Below, in pieces: positions 26,900 to 29,208 of a stretch of 29,208 nt of DNA. Below the pieces are notes generated by a model. The model was not told the origin of the DNA, searched no databases, and saw nothing but the letters and a program-made list of their open reading frames with translations. Both the position numbers and the translations under genes were made by a program. The DNA comes from Candidatus Helarchaeota archaeon (GTDB lineage: Archaea; Asgardarchaeota; Lokiarchaeia; Helarchaeales; RDOG01), in assembly GCA_029838215.1 (NCBI GenBank), contig JALGVI010000045.1, positions 1 to 29,208 of the forward strand, written 5' to 3'. Position 1 is the stretch's first letter. The number at the start of each line of letters is the position of its first letter.

Positions 26900-26914
26900 T
26901 TTCTCACCAAGTGC

Positions 26915-27970
26915 TTACAATAAACTTTTTACTTCTTTAAATACACCACTTCCAAAAATGCCTTCGACAACAGCAGTCCCATAAACTTGCGTCACCATAT
27001 TCTGCATCCAAGAACAATGTCCTTGACATTGATTTGGACCATCACCATGAAAGTTCGTTGGATCAAGGAGCATTGAAGCCGCTGCATGGACATCCTTCAC
27101 GTTCTTATATTTCAAGACGTCAATCATTTTTGCTTCCTTGTATGCCTTGCACGGCCAGAACAATTCCCCAGTATTGTCCACGTGGTCAAACACCGTAGGA
27201 TAACAATTTTTGACATTAGCCTCGAGTAAATCTTTCAATAATTTCGTTGATGCGATCATTGGATATCCCATTTCCGCCCGTTCTAGAATCTTTGCAACGA
27301 GTTTCTTGTATTGAGGATCATTTATGAGTTCAAAGTCCGCTTCATGACCGATATTTGCGGAAACAGGAGAAAAGCAAATTCCCAAGTCATTGCACCAATC
27401 CAAGATATCGTACGTGTCTTCAATCGTCTCTCTTGTAATTACCGTGTTTGCAACGAGTTTAAACGGGACGAATTCCTGAAGGATTCTTAAAGTTAGAATA
27501 TTCCGTAAGACTTTTTTCGAGACTCGCTCGCTAACTTCATACATCTCGGCTAATTGGGGGACTCGCAAGGAATCAAGAGAAATTATGATGACATCCATTT
27601 GATACAAAAATTTCTGATAAGCAGGTTTTGTTAACAAGTCCCCTATGACAGAACCATTTGTATTTATCATATTGAACATGTTTAATTTAGTGGAGTAATC
27701 TAGAAGCTCGGGTAGATCCTGTCTTAAGGTTGGTTCTCCTCCGCAAAAATATATAGCTGAGGATTCTTTCATTATCTTGATTAATGCTTTCCCCTGCTCG
27801 GTAGATAGATCCCGATCCTTGCCTTGCTTGTAGAGATCAGGGTATTTTCCACCTCTATGATTGCTGCAATAAGAGCAATTAAAATTACATTGATTTGTCA
27901 TCGTCCAAATATAGAATATCGGAATGAAATCATGACTTCCGTCGTTTTTTTTTATGACAATCTTGGACAT
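26915..27970 (-). CDS. Radical SAM protein with C-terminal Cys-rich (SPASM/Twitch-like) extension
   Basis: CNFNCSYC, GGEPTLR, NTNG, ISLDS, CYP...VDNTGELFWPC, CQGHCSW. Confidence 0.93.
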   Translation of the reverse strand: MSKIVIKKNDGSHDFIPIFYIWTMTNQCNFNCSYCSNHRGGKYPDLYKQGKDRDLSTEQGKALIKIMKESSAIYFCGGEPTLRQDLPELLDYSTKLNMFNMINTNGSVIGDLLTKPAYQKFLYQMDVIIISLDSLRVPQLAEMYEVSERVSKKVLRNILTLRILQEFVPFKLVANTVITRETIEDTYDILDWCNDLGICFSPVSANIGHEADFELINDPQYKKLVAKILERAEMGYPMIASTKLLKDLLEANVKNCYPTVFDHVDNTGELFWPCKAYKEAKMIDVLKYKNVKDVHAAASMLLDPTNFHGDGPNQCQGHCSWMQNMVTQVYGTAVVEGIFGSGVFKEVKSLL

Positions 27971-27984
27971 TCGTCCCTAATAGA

Positions 27985-28200
27985 TTGACCTTTGGATCTC
28001 GAGGATCCCCGGGGCGAGACGGCACACCCCATTATATTTGGGAGTTGGATGCATGCATTTAAGTCTTTCGCCGAATTTTGCGCATCTTCCCAAGTATTAC
28101 TTGAAGTGATGGAATAATTTCAGTGCTATGTTTCTTGAGGCGTTGGTATCGGCGTTTATGAGTGCTGCCATATCGTGGACAAAGAATTCGCCCCCTTTCT
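27985..28200 (-). ncRNA. Candidate omega RNA (reRNA) scaffold; 5' boundary unknown
   Basis: Position at the tnpB 3' end plus several stems (GATGC/GCATC, CCCA-AATATAA-TGGG, GTCTCG/CGAGAT, GGATC/GATCC). Inferred by analogy with TnpB systems. Confidence 0.45.
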
Positions 28201-29208
28201 CGTTAGGCGGTGGAATAACAGAGGGATCATTTGTCCGGTAACCTCTTGTGGTGTCAGCATTCCACGTTTCATGCCTTCCGTCCGATTTAAGTGCTTCAAG
28301 AATCAGTTCGGACGAGTATTGGGAGGTGTATCCTGCATTCACGGCATAGAGCTTGCCTCCAAAGCGCTTTATTTTCATGTCCAATAACCGTTTCACCAGT
28401 GATCGTGGTGAATGTGAAACGCGAAAGTTTAGTTCCCGAGACAATTTTCCTTTTTCTGGACGCAATGATTTCAGGCTCTCGACAGCAATCACCCTGGAAT
28501 CATTCGTAATGCCCCACGCAACCAGTGATGCAGACACCACGTGAGCAATCTGCATCAGCCGCAAGGCGTTTTTCAAGCCGTGCATGGTAAGCGAGCTCGA
28601 ATATTTCTTGAAGAATCGACCTTTTTTAAGATAGCCGCGTTCCCGATGCGCTTTAATGCGTTGCAATCGCGTGAAATTGCCGCGCGATGCCATGATTTTC
28701 CCCCATAATTCGGGTTTATCGAGTTGAATGTCTGTCAGAAATGCTTTTTTCTCGAAATCGAAGATGCTTGCAGATAAAAGATTTCTGATCCCCCAGTCCA
28801 CGCCCACAATTTTCGTGCTGTCATTTTTCGACACGGGGATCTGAATTACAACGGGAATGTCAATCAGTAGTTTCGTTTTTTTCCTGAGGATGGAATGCTT
28901 TCGCTGATTCACGTAATTTTTGAGTTGAAACAGATTGAACCGTGATGCGATGCAAGAAGGACATTCGTCAGGATGGGCTAGAAAGATCTTTTTCAACTTC
29001 ATCACGTTAACCTGCTCCAACGGCAAGGCATCCGGGTTAACTGCTTTTATCTTTTCCTGCACGTTCGTTCCGAAATCTACGAGTGCCAGGTGTTTCAGGT
29101 CATGTTTCAGCAAGGCATTTTGTGACGCAACGCTTATCGGTTCGACGAATAAGGAACGGAAACTCTTGAACGTTTTCGGGTCCTGTTTGCGTTCATATAG
29201 CTCGAAGC
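28097..29208 (-). CDS. tnpB: TnpB/Cas12f-like RNA-guided RuvC endonuclease, 5' end outside the window
   Basis: RuvC-I IVGVDWG, RuvC-II IAVESL, VNAGYTSQ, RuvC-III INADTNASRNIA. The frame stays open from 29113 to the window edge (FELYERKQDPKTF...), so the track start is not the real start. Confidence 0.88.
   Translation of the reverse strand, partial: FELYERKQDPKTFKSFRSLFVEPISVASQNALLKHDLKHLALVDFGTNVQEKIKAVNPDALPLEQVNVMKLKKIFLAHPDECPSCIASRFNLFQLKNYVNQRKHSILRKKTKLLIDIPVVIQIPVSKNDSTKIVGVDWGIRNLLSASIFDFEKKAFLTDIQLDKPELWGKIMASRGNFTRLQRIKAHRERGYLKKGRFFKKYSSSLTMHGLKNALRLMQIAHVVSASLVAWGITNDSRVIAVESLKSLRPEKGKLSRELNFRVSHSPRSLVKRLLDMKIKRFGGKLYAVNAGYTSQYSSELILEALKSDGRHETWNADTTRGYRTNDPSVIPPPNEKGGEFFVHDMAALINADTNASRNIALKLFHHFK

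Larger units (their letters stand above)
27985..29208 (-). mobile_element. IS200/IS605 (or IS1341-type) element, right part
   Basis: tnpB followed by about 110 bp of GC-rich structured DNA ending in hairpin GGATC-CTCGA-GATCC, then AAAGG-TCAA (TCAA is the right-end tetranucleotide type known from IS608). No tnpA in the window. Confidence 0.6.

Noticed and set aside
28097-29208. Calling the nuclease a CRISPR Cas12 effector, Fanzor or dead TldR
   Set aside because: No array or cas1/2 in the window, no Fanzor-specific evidence, and all three catalytic acidic residues are present. A Cas12f-like identity cannot be excluded because the 5' end is missing.

Overview
Archaeal chromosomal window, most likely Asgard (inference from a Rab-like GTPase with all five RabF motifs, alongside thermosome, Cgi121, ThiDN, archaeal RecJ/GAN and GGTGA/AGGAG ribosome-binding sites). 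From left to right: (1) a large minus-strand protein running off the left edge, with an N-terminal 8-Cys FYVE-like zinc finger and three kinds of short tandem motifs, split by a frameshift at an exact 115-bp repeat; (2) a winged-HTH + CARF protein with no cas genes in the window; (3) a Rab-like GTPase; (4) a minus-strand run of Sua5, nucleotidyltransferase, CDP-alcohol phosphotransferase and a ComD/ComE-like pair that has lost its TPP catalytic motifs; (5) THUMP and Cgi121; (6) DHH-CYTH-DHH; (7) a tRNA-Leu(CAA) gene with three BHB-type introns (21/22, 37/38, 59/60); (8) a co-directional heat-shock cluster, thermosome x2-hsp20-grpE-dnaK-dnaJ, with palindromic candidate operators; (9) PLD, PhnP-like, HIT, RecJ and ThiDN housekeeping genes; (10) two membrane proteins and a radical SAM enzyme; (11) a 5'-truncated TnpB-like RuvC nuclease lacking the usual zinc ribbon, whose candidate right end lies 14 bp from the radical SAM start codon. 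No rRNA or CRISPR array was seen. All family assignments come from motif recognition by eye; no searches were run.
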